Assembly (NCBI GenBank): GCA_041641295.1
Contig: JBEPYO010000001.1
Span: 256,001 to 320,000 of the forward strand
Direction: 5' to 3'
Length of the DNA stretch: 64,000 nucleotides
Origin: Nitrososphaerota archaeon
GTDB taxonomy: Archaea; Thermoproteota; Nitrososphaeria_A; Caldarchaeales; Calditenuaceae
A program made the position numbers and the translations under genes. The notes under the pieces were generated by a model, which did not search any database, was not told where the DNA came from, and saw only the letters and a list, made by a program, of their open reading frames with translations. Below, piece by piece: positions 38,329-49,000 of this stretch (positions are counted from its first letter, which is position 1; each line of letters opens with the position of its first letter).

Positions 38329-39418
38329 GTATAGGGACGTTTGGGTTTATTGCGAGGTCCAAGACGGAGAGCTTACCCGTCCGACAACTGAGGTGATCGC
38401 CGGGGCGCGGAAGATTGCGGACAAGGTGGGTATGAAGGTCGTGGGCGTACTATTAGGATATAATCTCGGGAAAGTGGCTCGAGAGCCGATCTACTACGGC
38501 GCAGATAAGGTGATAGTATGTGATACTCCTTTGCTGAAGAGCTATCAGGCGATACCTTACGCCTACGTTTTGTCAGACATGGTGCTTAAGCTGAAGCCCT
38601 GGGCCTTCCTCTTTATCGCAAACGAGATGGGTAGGGAGCTCGGCGCCCGTGTAGCATTTAGGACAGTTACAGGACTAGCGGCAGACTGCATAGACCTCCT
38701 CGTTGAAGACTTTGTAATGCATACGCCCCAGGGGACTAAAGTCTTCAAGGACTGCATCGCACAGGTACGCCCAGACTTCGCCACCCGTATAGCCAAGATC
38801 TTCACCCCGAGGCACAGGCCGCAGATGAGCAATATCAGGCCCGGCTCGTTTACACCGCTACCGCGGGACGAGTCTAGGAAGGGAGAGGTGGTTGAATGGG
38901 AGGCTGAAATACCACCAGAGGCTTTCGCCGTCGAGGTTATAGAGGAGTGGAGGCTGCCTAAGAGTCCTGTAAAGCTTGAGGAGGCGAAGGTGATAATCAG
39001 CCTTGGCTTGGGAGTCTTGAAGGATGCTAAGGGAAATCCGAGGAACCCGGCGGAGGCGTATAGATATGCGGAGAAGTTGAAGAATGCAGTTGAGAAGCGT
39101 CTAGGAGTTGTGGCGGAGATAGGTGCGTCGAGGGCTCTAATCTACTCAGGTATCAAGGAGCTTGAAGGCCTGATCGTCAAGGATAGGCAGGTGGGGCAGA
39201 CAGGGAAGACCGTCGCACCAGATATTTACATCGCTGCCGGGATAAGTGGCGCGATACAGCACAGGGTAGGCATCATGAGGGCCAAGAAGATAGTGGCTAT
39301 AAACACGGACCCCGCAGCCCCCATATTCCAGATCGCCCACTACGGCATAGTAGGAGACCTATACGAAGTTCTACCCAAGCTCGCAGAGTACCTCGGAGGC
39401 GGTGGGAATGAAGCCTGA
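38312..39418 (+). CDS. fixB: Electron transfer flavoprotein alpha subunit (FixB)
   Basis: GLAADC, RPQM, GASR, QVGQTGKTV.P and GISGAIQH. Confidence 0.93.
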   Translation: MQESSEYRDVWVYCEVQDGELTRPTTEVIAGARKIADKVGMKVVGVLLGYNLGKVAREPIYYGADKVIVCDTPLLKSYQAIPYAYVLSDMVLKLKPWAFLFIANEMGRELGARVAFRTVTGLAADCIDLLVEDFVMHTPQGTKVFKDCIAQVRPDFATRIAKIFTPRHRPQMSNIRPGSFTPLPRDESRKGEVVEWEAEIPPEAFAVEVIEEWRLPKSPVKLEEAKVIISLGLGVLKDAKGNPRNPAEAYRYAEKLKNAVEKRLGVVAEIGASRALIYSGIKELEGLIVKDRQVGQTGKTVAPDIYIAAGISGAIQHRVGIMRAKKIVAINTDPAAPIFQIAHYGIVGDLYEVLPKLAEYLGGGGNEA

Positions 39419-41111
39419 CTATGATGTTATAGTTGTGGGCGCAGGCCCAGCCGGTTGCGCAGCGGCTAACTACCTAGCCAGACAGGGGGTTGACGTAGCC
39501 CTAGTTGATAAGGCGCAGGTCCCCGGGCAGAAAAACGTTACGGGCGGAGTGATATACACTCAGTATCTACCCGGGTATAGTTTTGACGACGCATTCCCTG
39601 GATTTCGGGAGGAGGCCCCACTGGAGAGGAAGATAGTTTCCCACGAAGTGGCTGTCTTATCGTGGCCCGAGACAAGGAATGGAAGTGTGGTGTATAGGAG
39701 GGCGCGGATAGGGGAGGACTCGTTCCTAAACAAGATGGGTGTTACAGGCTTTGACCTGACCGGATCGGAGGGGTATTCGGTTCTGAGGGCGAAGCTGGAC
39801 AAGTGGATGGCTAGGAAGGTCTCTGAGAGCGGTGGAGTAGTGGTCACGTACAAGGCGGTGGAAGACCTCTACCTCGAGGGTAACCAAGTAAAGGGAGTCA
39901 TCACAAGTTCTGAGACAGTCACATGTAATCTGGTTATCGATGCCTCGGGTGTAACCTCTAGGCTAGTAGACAGGGCTGGGCTTAGGCCTCTTCTCACCCC
40001 TGATAAAGTCTATCATGGTGTTAAGCATGTCTACAAGCTTTCGCCCGAGAAGATAGAGGAGAGGTTCGGCCTCAAGCCAGGGGAGGGGAAGGCGATCTTC
40101 TACATGGGTGATGTCATGCAGGGCGTGAATGGTGGCGGCTTTCTCTACACTAACAAGGACACGCTTAGCGTCGGGATAGTCATCTCTCTCGACTCATTCC
40201 TTAAACGTGCGCTAGAGGAGATGGAGACCCTCGGTAAACCACTCGACATTCTCGAGAGACTAGAGTCCCACCCAGAGGTTGCACCCCTCCTCGAGGGTGG
40301 TGAGCTAGTAGAGTACTCCGCACACAATATCCCGAAGGGCTATAAAACGATGCTTGCGCAGCCCTACACTTCAGGCTACATAGTTGCGGGGGATGCGCTG
40401 GGCGCCTTTGTCAAGATTGGAGGCCTTATAGATGGGATGAGGCGGGCCGTCGCAACGGGGATTATGGCGGCCCAGGCCTATCTTAGAGCCGCAAAGGAGG
40501 GGGACTTCAGCGCGAAGACACTAGCAATATACAAGGATTTGCTCGCCCCGATTTACAGGGATGTCCAGAAATCGGGTAGGAACGCGATGCTCACGGAGTC
40601 CTCAATCGCATACAGACTTGCGCCGAGGCTTATGCTCAGTCTAACTGGGGAGAGGGTAGAGGCCAAAGTCGTCCAAAGGGAATCAAACCCCCTAGACATC
40701 GACGCGATTAAAAGGGTGCAGGAGAGGACAGGACTTCTGGACTATGATGAGGACAAAGAATACAGCCACATAAAAGTAGATACAGCTAAGGCCTCTGCAC
40801 AAAGGCTGAAGATGTGGGTACCGGCCTGCCCCGTGAACTGCTATACTCTCGTTCTGGAGAAAGGAGTTTTCGCCTCTTTGAAGGACCTCTACAAGTACAA
40901 CCTGGCGAGAAAAATTGCAGAGGGAGTGTCTGAGGAGAGGGCAAAAGCTTTGGCAAGGGCTGAAACGCTACAAGATATGGCACGTGCTAGGCTGAACTTT
41001 GACCACGTAGCATGCGTGGCATGCGGTACATGCGGAATTATCGGTCCGCCAGATATAGTAGACTTCGGCCATGAGAGGGACGGACACGGAGTCAGATTCA
41101 AGTACGGGTAG
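39408..41111 (+). CDS. fixC: ETF:quinone oxidoreductase, FixC fused to a FixX-like ferredoxin
   Basis: GAGPAG, G.KNVTGG, GGGFLYTN.DT.S.G, EYSAH and GDA, with C-terminal CPVNCY...CVACGTC...GV.FKYG. Confidence 0.88.
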   Translation: MKPDYDVIVVGAGPAGCAAANYLARQGVDVALVDKAQVPGQKNVTGGVIYTQYLPGYSFDDAFPGFREEAPLERKIVSHEVAVLSWPETRNGSVVYRRARIGEDSFLNKMGVTGFDLTGSEGYSVLRAKLDKWMARKVSESGGVVVTYKAVEDLYLEGNQVKGVITSSETVTCNLVIDASGVTSRLVDRAGLRPLLTPDKVYHGVKHVYKLSPEKIEERFGLKPGEGKAIFYMGDVMQGVNGGGFLYTNKDTLSVGIVISLDSFLKRALEEMETLGKPLDILERLESHPEVAPLLEGGELVEYSAHNIPKGYKTMLAQPYTSGYIVAGDALGAFVKIGGLIDGMRRAVATGIMAAQAYLRAAKEGDFSAKTLAIYKDLLAPIYRDVQKSGRNAMLTESSIAYRLAPRLMLSLTGERVEAKVVQRESNPLDIDAIKRVQERTGLLDYDEDKEYSHIKVDTAKASAQRLKMWVPACPVNCYTLVLEKGVFASLKDLYKYNLARKIAEGVSEERAKALARAETLQDMARARLNFDHVACVACGTCGIIGPPDIVDFGHERDGHGVRFKYG

Positions 41112-41147
41112 AAAAATTTAATACACAGCCCAACCAGAAAATAGAAC

Positions 41148-41666
41148 GTGGCGTTAACATCAGTTACAAATGTAATACGGACCAAGCTAGACGTGCGAAA
41201 CTTCTCACCTAAAGATGTGCCGTGGGAGGATAAGATCAGCATACTTGATGCGGGTAGGATGGCAGGGTCTGGCATGAACAGCCAGCACTGGCGCTTCATA
41301 CTCCTAGATAAGCGCGAGGACCTCCAGAAGCTCGCAGACCTAAGCATTACGGGTAAATGGGTGAGTGGCGCAAACTTTGCTGTAGTAGTTCTTACCGATT
41401 CGAGATACGCTTGGCACCTCCTCGACGCCGGGCGGGCTATAACAAATATGATGCTAGAGGCTTGGAGCCGGGGCATAGTCTCATGCATCTGTACAGGCTA
41501 TAACGAGGAAGCCCTGAGGAATTGGCTGAAGATTCCTCCTAACTATGCTATTGCGGGGTTCGTCGGATTCGGCTATCCCGTGAAGAGGATTATAGGCAGG
41601 AAGAATAGATTACCTCTGGAGCAGATTGCCTATTATGGACGGTTCGGAGAGCCACTCAAGAAGTAA
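41148..41666 (+). CDS. Nitroreductase family protein
   Basis: R.F, A.S..N.Q.W.F, DAG...NMML.A...G..SC and GYP. Confidence 0.88.
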   Translation: MALTSVTNVIRTKLDVRNFSPKDVPWEDKISILDAGRMAGSGMNSQHWRFILLDKREDLQKLADLSITGKWVSGANFAVVVLTDSRYAWHLLDAGRAITNMMLEAWSRGIVSCICTGYNEEALRNWLKIPPNYAIAGFVGFGYPVKRIIGRKNRLPLEQIAYYGRFGEPLKK

Positions 41667-43230
41667 GGTTGCTGAAAAGCTGGCGGAGGCCCTACTTAGG
41701 GAGCCGCAACTCCTAAGCACAGGCATCTCAGCCACGAAATTAATTTTGGCGAGGAGGCTTGACGTTAAGGAAATACCGAGCAACACGGAGCTTATACAGG
41801 CGTTAAAGGAGCGTGGAGCTCCATCCACACTGCTTAGACAGCTTCGCCGCAAGCCAGTCAAGACAAGGTCGGGCGTCACCATAATAACAGTCGTGATCCC
41901 CCTCTTCAACTGCCCACACGGCCGATGCATATATTGTCCAGGCGGAGGCCAGACGGGGTTCCCCCAAAGCTACACAGGGGCTGAGCCAGTAGTCAGCTTC
42001 GCGCGGAGCGTCGGATATAACGTGGAGGCACAGGTCAGAAACTATCTAAGGAGACTGGAGAATATGGGGCATGAGGTCGATAAGGTCGAGATCATATTCA
42101 TCGGAGGCACATACACGTCAGCAAGCCCTGAGGCACAGAGATCATACATTAAGGCGGCCCTCGACGGGCTTCACGACTCCAAGTCAAGTAGTGTTGAGGA
42201 GGCGGTGAGGAGGGCGGAGTGGGCCCGCCCCCGTCTGGTAGGCATGATGATAGAGACGAGGCCTGACTGGGTAAGACCGGAGATTGCAGATGAGCTGGTT
42301 AGGCTGGGTGTGACGCGGGTTGAGCTGGGGGTACAGGCACTTGATGACGAGATCTATCGCCTCATAGCTCGCGGCCATACTGTCCAAGATGTTGTAGAAG
42401 CAACAAGAATACTCAGAGATAGGGCCTTTAAAGTCGGGTACCACTTTATGCCCGCGCTACCAGGCTCAAACCCTGAGAAAGACCTAGAAATGTATCGGAC
42501 ACTCTTCCAAGACCCACGCTTCAGGCCGGACACCATCAAGATTTACCCAACCATGGTTCTGCCCGACACACCCCTCTACCACCTCTGGAAGAGGGGCGAG
42601 TATAGACCATACGATGTTGAGACACTGATTGACCTCCTAGTCCGGATGATAGAACACACACCCCCGTACGTCAGAATACAGAGAATTAGGCGCGAGATAC
42701 CCGGCGAGACCGCTGTAGATGGTAGATACCCCGGCAACCTGAGGGAGCTAGTTGAGAGGGAGGCTGAGAGGCGCGGCATAAGGTGCAGGTGTATCAGATG
42801 CCGAGAGGTTGGGAGACAGTCATCGCTTAGCGAGGAATATATCCAGTCTATGGAGGTTAAGGAGCTATGGTACGACACGCTGGGAGGCCGAGAAGTCTTC
42901 ATATCTTATGAAACCAGTGATGGATGGGTCTTGGCCGGCTTGCTGAGGCTTAGGCTCCCTGAGGAGCCCGCAAACCAGCTGCTAGATGGGGCAGCCTTAG
43001 TCAGGGAACTCCATGTCTATGGGGAGATGATACCGGTGGGAAGCAGACCCGACCGCGGAGTTTGGCAGCATCGAGGCATAGGCGCCAAGCTCCTGAGAAG
43101 AGCTGAAGAAATAGCCCAGAAACAGGGTTATCGGAGGGTCGTAGTGATTAGCGGGCTCGGAGTCAAGGAGTATTATGCCAAGCAAGGCTATGAGAGGCAT
43201 GGGCCCTACATGGCTAAAATGCTAGTGTAG
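41626..43230 (+). CDS. elp3: tRNA uridine(34) acetyltransferase Elp3
   Basis: CPHGRCIYCPG, PQSYTG.EP, ETRPD, VELGVQ, KIYP, VRELHVYG and QHRGIG..L. The start may be ATG 41635. Confidence 0.96.
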   Translation: MPIMDGSESHSRSKVAEKLAEALLREPQLLSTGISATKLILARRLDVKEIPSNTELIQALKERGAPSTLLRQLRRKPVKTRSGVTIITVVIPLFNCPHGRCIYCPGGGQTGFPQSYTGAEPVVSFARSVGYNVEAQVRNYLRRLENMGHEVDKVEIIFIGGTYTSASPEAQRSYIKAALDGLHDSKSSSVEEAVRRAEWARPRLVGMMIETRPDWVRPEIADELVRLGVTRVELGVQALDDEIYRLIARGHTVQDVVEATRILRDRAFKVGYHFMPALPGSNPEKDLEMYRTLFQDPRFRPDTIKIYPTMVLPDTPLYHLWKRGEYRPYDVETLIDLLVRMIEHTPPYVRIQRIRREIPGETAVDGRYPGNLRELVEREAERRGIRCRCIRCREVGRQSSLSEEYIQSMEVKELWYDTLGGREVFISYETSDGWVLAGLLRLRLPEEPANQLLDGAALVRELHVYGEMIPVGSRPDRGVWQHRGIGAKLLRRAEEIAQKQGYRRVVVISGLGVKEYYAKQGYERHGPYMAKMLV

Positions 43231-43235
43231 ACGAC

Positions 43236-43985
43236 TTGATCAGCATCGACGAGGCGGTTGATGAGATCAAGTCGGCAATTGCTGCCGGCAGACTAGTCAC
43301 ACTAGTAGGCGAAATGGAGGTCTTCTACGAGGGGCGATCCATCAGCTGGCTAGGCAGAGGCGAAAGACTCCTAGTCATTAAACAAGATAGGAGCGTCCTC
43401 GTCCACCGGCCTACAGGCTACGAGCCCACAAACTGGCAGCCGGCCGGCAGCCACATAGACGTATGGAGCGAGGAGGGCAAACTGGTGATAGTCTCAAAGC
43501 GCACCTCACCACCTGAAATGCTGAAAATCACTATCACGCGGATACTCCACCTATCATCCTTCGGGCTGAGGGATGAGGCCATGTTCCAGATACACGCCCG
43601 CGAAGAGGATATGAAGCAGGCGATCATTGCTGAGCCCAGCATAATTGAGGACGGATTCAGAGTTGTTGAGAGCGAAAGGAAGACCAAGAGCGGATACATA
43701 GACATACTGGGAGTTGACAGGGAAGGTAGGCTGGTGGTGATAGAGATAAAGAGGGAGAAGGCAGATGTCGGAGACGTCGAGCAACTCGTCAGGTACTCTG
43801 CTCAGATAGAAGAAGAGTTTGGGTCTAAGCCTAGGCAGATGATAGTCGCCCCACTCTTATCAAGCAGAGCGGCGAGAAAGGCCAGAATTTTGGGGGTAGA
43901 GTTTAGACAGCTCTCACCACGCAAGGCACAGGAAATCATAAGGAGGAGGAAAGGACTCGACAGGTTCCTATACCAGGAAGACTAG
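43236..43985 (+). CDS. nucS: Endonuclease NucS/EndoMS
   Basis: YEGR, K.D.SVLVH, P.NWQP, IDILG.D, IEIKR and QL.RY, with a PIP-like C-terminus GLDRFL. Confidence 0.93.
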   Translation: MISIDEAVDEIKSAIAAGRLVTLVGEMEVFYEGRSISWLGRGERLLVIKQDRSVLVHRPTGYEPTNWQPAGSHIDVWSEEGKLVIVSKRTSPPEMLKITITRILHLSSFGLRDEAMFQIHAREEDMKQAIIAEPSIIEDGFRVVESERKTKSGYIDILGVDREGRLVVIEIKREKADVGDVEQLVRYSAQIEEEFGSKPRQMIVAPLLSSRAARKARILGVEFRQLSPRKAQEIIRRRKGLDRFLYQED

Positions 43986-45217
43986 AAGAGGCGGACCTCA
44001 CCCCGCAGAATTAGGTCAGTCAACATGGTGATGTTTTTTAATTCATAGTGTACTATCTCCTTCACCTCGTTCCTCACGTTCGAAGTTATCTTCTCACTCG
44101 AGATGTATTGGATGGATGCGATGAGGGGTCTATCGATCCGCCGCCCAATCTGGGCCAAAAGTTTGACGTATACCTCGTCAAACACGTTGCACTCGTTGTA
44201 GATCTTGTCGGCGATTCTATAGGCTGCCACGTTGTATATTTTGCCCACATGTGAAACTGGGTTTTTTCCGGCCGTAGCCTCTAGTGACATCTGCCTGCAG
44301 GGTGTGATCAGTCCAGAGGCCCTGTTACCTCGCCCCGTGTTCCCATCATCACCATGCTCCGCCGAAGTACCTGTAACTGTCAGGTAGACGCTACTCTCCT
44401 CACGCCTCTCGAGATTGATCATGTCGCCCGTGTTTACATCTACTACTACATCCATGCCATCCGACATCTTGACTGCCAAGTCGAGAACCCTATCTCTAAT
44501 CTCCTCCTTGACTGAGATGTAGTGGTCTAGGTCTGGTGTGAGGTGAGAAACTATACCATCCGCTATGGTTAGGTGGATTTTGTTCCCCTTCCTCAGCCCC
44601 ATCACCTTACAGTCCTCGCCGCTCTCCTTCAAAGTCTGTTTGAAGGAGGGGCTGTTAATTTCCCTCTCCACACTGTACACTATTTTCTCTAGGGTTGTGA
44701 ATGGGGCGTAGCCGACTCCGAAGGATGTGTCGTTTGAGAGGGGCGCCTCGCCCTTATCATACTCTACTATCTTCACTAGGTCAGCGCTTCCAGGCCGTAT
44801 CCTGCTGTCCGCAATTATGTGCTTGTCTGGGTCGAGGAACCTGAAGTTGTTCTTAATGAACGATCTAATTGCCTCCTTCATCAATTCATCCACTGGAACT
44901 ACATACTTGTTAGTGGGGGTTTTTATGACGGTTGTCGCCCTGCCGGCTATCAGGATGTATATTGGCTCGTCTAGTGTCCCCCCTCCGAACACGGGAGTAG
45001 CCCTACCTCCCACAAGCAGGCCCTTATCCAAGTTGTGGTGGTAGATCTTGCCAAAGTGCTCCAAGTAGTATTTAGAGAGAGCGACGCTGGCGGCCTCGCA
45101 CACCGAGTCTATAATGTAGTCGGGGTGGCCCAGTCCTTTTCTCTCAACAATCTCGACGTATTGCTTGCCAGTAGGCAAACCCTTTATCCTTTCAAACACG
45201 ACCGATGTCTTCTGCAT
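43982..45217 (-). CDS. mat: Archaeal S-adenosylmethionine synthetase
   Basis: [37 protein letters not shown] and [10 protein letters not shown]. Confidence 0.97.
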   Translation of the reverse strand: MQKTSVVFERIKGLPTGKQYVEIVERKGLGHPDYIIDSVCEAASVALSKYYLEHFGKIYHHNLDKGLLVGGRATPVFGGGTLDEPIYILIAGRATTVIKTPTNKYVVPVDELMKEAIRSFIKNNFRFLDPDKHIIADSRIRPGSADLVKIVEYDKGEAPLSNDTSFGVGYAPFTTLEKIVYSVEREINSPSFKQTLKESGEDCKVMGLRKGNKIHLTIADGIVSHLTPDLDHYISVKEEIRDRVLDLAVKMSDGMDVVVDVNTGDMINLERREESSVYLTVTGTSAEHGDDGNTGRGNRASGLITPCRQMSLEATAGKNPVSHVGKIYNVAAYRIADKIYNECNVFDEVYVKLLAQIGRRIDRPLIASIQYISSEKITSNVRNEVKEIVHYELKNITMLTDLILRGEVRLF

Positions 45218-45296
45218 CGATTAGCCCACTGTAAAGCCTGTATTTAAAAGGAACCCCCCCTTAACACCGTTGGATTTGTGGCTCCGAAGCTTTTCC

Positions 45297-45542
45297 CTAT
45301 TCTTCAGAATAGTCGAGCTGTATGTATAGTACGTTGTTCCCCCTCACCAGTATGTAGGGGTAACTCGCCTTTTTTACGTCATTCTGATACTCTACCCCTC
45401 GGTTTATGACGAGGTTCATGTAGTTGTCAGCCTCGACGAGTGTTCCAACATAGGATATGTCGTTCTTCAGCATTACCCGTACTTGTTTGCTGAAGCTGTT
45501 CATTATGAGACTGAGTGGTCTAACCCCTGTCGCGGTGCTCAA
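45297..45542 (-). CDS. Sm/Lsm protein
   Basis: RPL, V.LKN...Y.G.L...D.YMNL and VRGNN. TTG 45542 lies downstream of a TTTTATTT box. Confidence 0.9.
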   Translation of the reverse strand: MSTATGVRPLSLIMNSFSKQVRVMLKNDISYVGTLVEADNYMNLVINRGVEYQNDVKKASYPYILVRGNNVLYIQLDYSEE

Positions 45543-45745
45543 GACCCAATAATGTGTTGCTGGGCCCAAATAAAAGTCTGACTCTGAAATGTCGCAAATA
45601 TGCGTTCAGATGGTTTAGAGAGGTTGGGGCTGTGGGCGTAGGGCTTTGTAGGTCAATTCGCAGGCCAGGTGTAGGGTTACGCGTAGCTACATGTAGTGGG
45701 GCGTCTTCCGTAGTGTGGCAAAAGGATATATGAGGCTTAATTGTT

Positions 45746-46063
45746 GTGTATGCCGCTAAGTTGGCCGAGAGACCTGCCGTCACACTGAGCAAAAGGGCCC
45801 GCATCGCCCTAGTCATTGCATTGGTAGGCGTGGCCATAAGCATAGTCCCGACCGTGCTTTTCCTACTCGTCATCGAGAATAAGCGTAACGATCCTTTGGG
45901 GTGGGAGATATTCGCTGATTTCCCCCTCCACCTCTTGACGGCTTTCATCGGCGCGGTTATCGGCTTCACAGGTGCACTCTTGTTTAGATCTGCAGTGAGA
46001 AAGGAGTTGGAGGTTTCAAGGCATGAGGAGAAGGCAGAGAGCGTTTTGAGGAGGGCTGTCTAA
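45746..46063 (+). CDS. Hypothetical two-TM membrane protein
   Basis: Two hydrophobic helices and an upstream GATATAT. Confidence 0.6.
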   Translation: MYAAKLAERPAVTLSKRARIALVIALVGVAISIVPTVLFLLVIENKRNDPLGWEIFADFPLHLLTAFIGAVIGFTGALLFRSAVRKELEVSRHEEKAESVLRRAV

Positions 46064-46070
46064 CCCACCT

Positions 46071-49000
46071 TCACATATATCTCTTCAGCGAGAGTTGTCG
46101 AGGGCTCCCTGTGGGTGATTGCTTGAAGACAGACTGTATGTTCTCGACGGCGTTGATAGACCCCTCCCTCAGGTATGGATTTTCAATATACTCCTCCAAC
46201 AGGAGCGTTGCTAGTTCAACATATTTTTCGACCGCCCCCCTATACACTGTCTGGGTCAGCTCCGAACCACAGATCCTGCACACCCCCCTCAACAGCATCC
46301 TCCTATAGCGGGCTCCACACCTCTTGCACCTGTATGACTGTGAGAAATATGTGCGTAGATTACCTATGATGTCTGGGAGGACGTGATGGGCCATAACCCG
46401 TTCAGCCACAAATCGAGGATCAACAGCGCTCAACATGTTACAAAGTTCTAGCTGCGCAGTAACCCTCTCAAGCATGGTACTCTTCTTAGTATAGGTGGAC
46501 TTGTTCACATATCCATGGAGTATGGCCACGTGGTTCATGCACTTTACCCCCCTTAGATTAGGCCCCATGTTAACCAGCTCCCTCAGTAGTTTAATCCTGT
46601 CAGCCAGCTGCACTGCAGGCTCACCACGCTCTGCCGCTCGGTAGAATTCGAGGGGGAATCGTGAGACTACTTCAACATTGTGGGATTGTTCATCAACCTC
46701 TCTCGGATCTACTATCACGTTGAGGAGGAGGGGGGTATCCATCATCCCGCCAATCCTGTCTGGCAGATATTTTCTACTAAAGTTCATGAATACGTCGAGG
46801 AGGAGCATGACGCTGTCCTCGTCTCCGTCGCAGTCTCGCCGCTTCGCGGCATGTAGGAGGGGGTGGGCATATACGACCCTCGCCTCTGTTATGCCTATCA
46901 CTCTGCAGACCACAGCTCCATAGGTGTGGGGGGAAAGCGTGGCGACGAGGATGCCTATTACATCTCTGGGCGAGTTGAGTTTGTAGTATTCTGGAAGGCC
47001 TGCACAGGCTAGGAGTCTGTCTATGAACTTGGATGTCTTATAGAGGTGGGCTGCTAGCTCAGAGGGTATCACTATGTCTTGGATTTTCAGTTCGAGAAGC
47101 TGGTCTGAGCTACGGAGTGGTTCCCCGTTGATGTCATGAGTATATCCTAGGGCGCGTAGTTTTTCAGGCTCTACTCCGATCTGGCTTGGTGTGAAGTGTG
47201 TGAGAGGTGCGTTTGTGCTATCGAATCTTATTGTTCCATCCTTGTAGACATAGAGTCCCTGCCAGGCACGGAGAATGCCCTTAACCATGTCCTCAGGCTG
47301 TTTAGACCAGCTCGTCAGCTTCTTAACACCCTTCAATACCTTCACCGAAGCACCTGCCACACCCTCCGCTCTCCGGAGCTCTTCTTTTAGGTCCACCACC
47401 CACTTCCGAGAGGCTTTAAGTGTGTGTCCGCATCGGGGGCAAGTCTTGCTCTCGGGCTCCATATACTCGGAACCACATTGGTCGCAGTCGGCAACTAGCA
47501 CGGTTGGCTTCTCACACCTGCTGCAGATGCCGCGCCAAGTCCTTTCACCACAGGCCGTACATATCCGCGATACGAGTTCCAGTGATATGTTTTCGTGCTC
47601 AGCCGCCTTCACTACGTCTCGCGTCGCGCCGCCCGCCAGCCCTAGGGGGTAGAGGAGGTGTACTGGTGGTTTTAGGCGCCTCTGCCTAGCCTTCTCGGGC
47701 CGGCCAACCCTCACCGTGAGGACGGTACCCATCCTCGGGCGGTGTGGAGTCCCCGAGAGTTTTTCAACAGCCTCGCCCAGGCCCATGCCCGAGACATCAA
47801 TGTTCTTGAAGGGTCTGAATAGAAAGATGAGCGCCTTAACCCAATCTTTCGAGAGCTGGATCCTGTTACCTTGGATCCTGTGTTCTATGAGCATTGATTC
47901 GAGGATTCTCTTGGCGTTGCTGTCTATGGGTAGTTGGAAGTAGCCTGAACTTCTAGTGGAGTATTGGATGGCTGTTCTCAGCCATCGTCTGAGGGCTTCG
48001 ATGTCTCCTCCTGTGGCCCTGTCCCAGAAGGGCATGTATCTTGGATGGATTGGAACGCCCAGCTTTGCACTGATTTTACACGCATCTTCGACTTTGGGGG
48101 TGTGGGTGAAGGGGTTAGCTAAGACCTTCTCAACCTCAACAACTTCATCTCTAGAGAGAATATCACGCCACCTCTGATTTGATACTACCTCCTCTAACCA
48201 ATACTCCTCACAATAGCCTGGCTGTTGCAGCTTTACATTGTTCTCCACACAGTCGCCGAAGCTGACCAGTATGTCGCCGTTGAATAGTATCTTACTGAGC
48301 CTCTCCTCTGCCTCTGCGAGCTTCTGCTCCGAGTCCACCCTTATGACAGAGGTGTCTGAGAGCATGACTACGGGAGGTTCAATGGTTGAGACCGCCATCG
48401 CCACCCCGCCCTTCCCGGGATAGTCCGTCTTCAGCTGGGTCCCTATCGCGACATAGCCCCTCAGAATCTTCATCGTGTAGGGGTGGATGCCGAGCGCCGC
48501 CATAGATGTGTTGGGTGCGCGGCCGTATCGGAGGCGGAACCCCCCGAACATATTCTCCATAGAGAGTACGGGCCTTCCACCCACAACCTCCTCTAACACA
48601 GACCCTTTCCGGGCTGGCGCGTATCTTTTCAGCATCTCTGGAACCGCTCGAAGCCACTCCCAGCCCTCAAGCCCTGCAGTCTCGATCAGCCTCAAGAGTT
48701 TCCGCGCCCTACCCACAACTCCATCGTTGACAACCCTTAGAGCTCCACCCCTGAGATAGGGTGTTTCAACCCTCTTCAGGTCTCTGAAGCTTGAAACAGG
48801 AATATTATCGGTCGCGATGCCGGTGATCTCTATCGGAAGCCTGTGGAGAACATATCGTAAAACATCTTCAGGCACATTGTATTGAAAATTGCCAACCTTT
48901 CTCCTGTAGGTCCTGATCTCTTCTATGAAACGCATCACCTCCTCCTCAGTAGCCTTGTAGGGTGAGAGCCCCGCCACCTTCCTCAGATAGTCTGCTAGGA

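Noticed and set aside
45520-45969. 149-aa minus-strand ORF across the GTAG tract
   Set aside because: It is antisense to the membrane-protein gene, overlaps the Sm start, and has no protein-like features.
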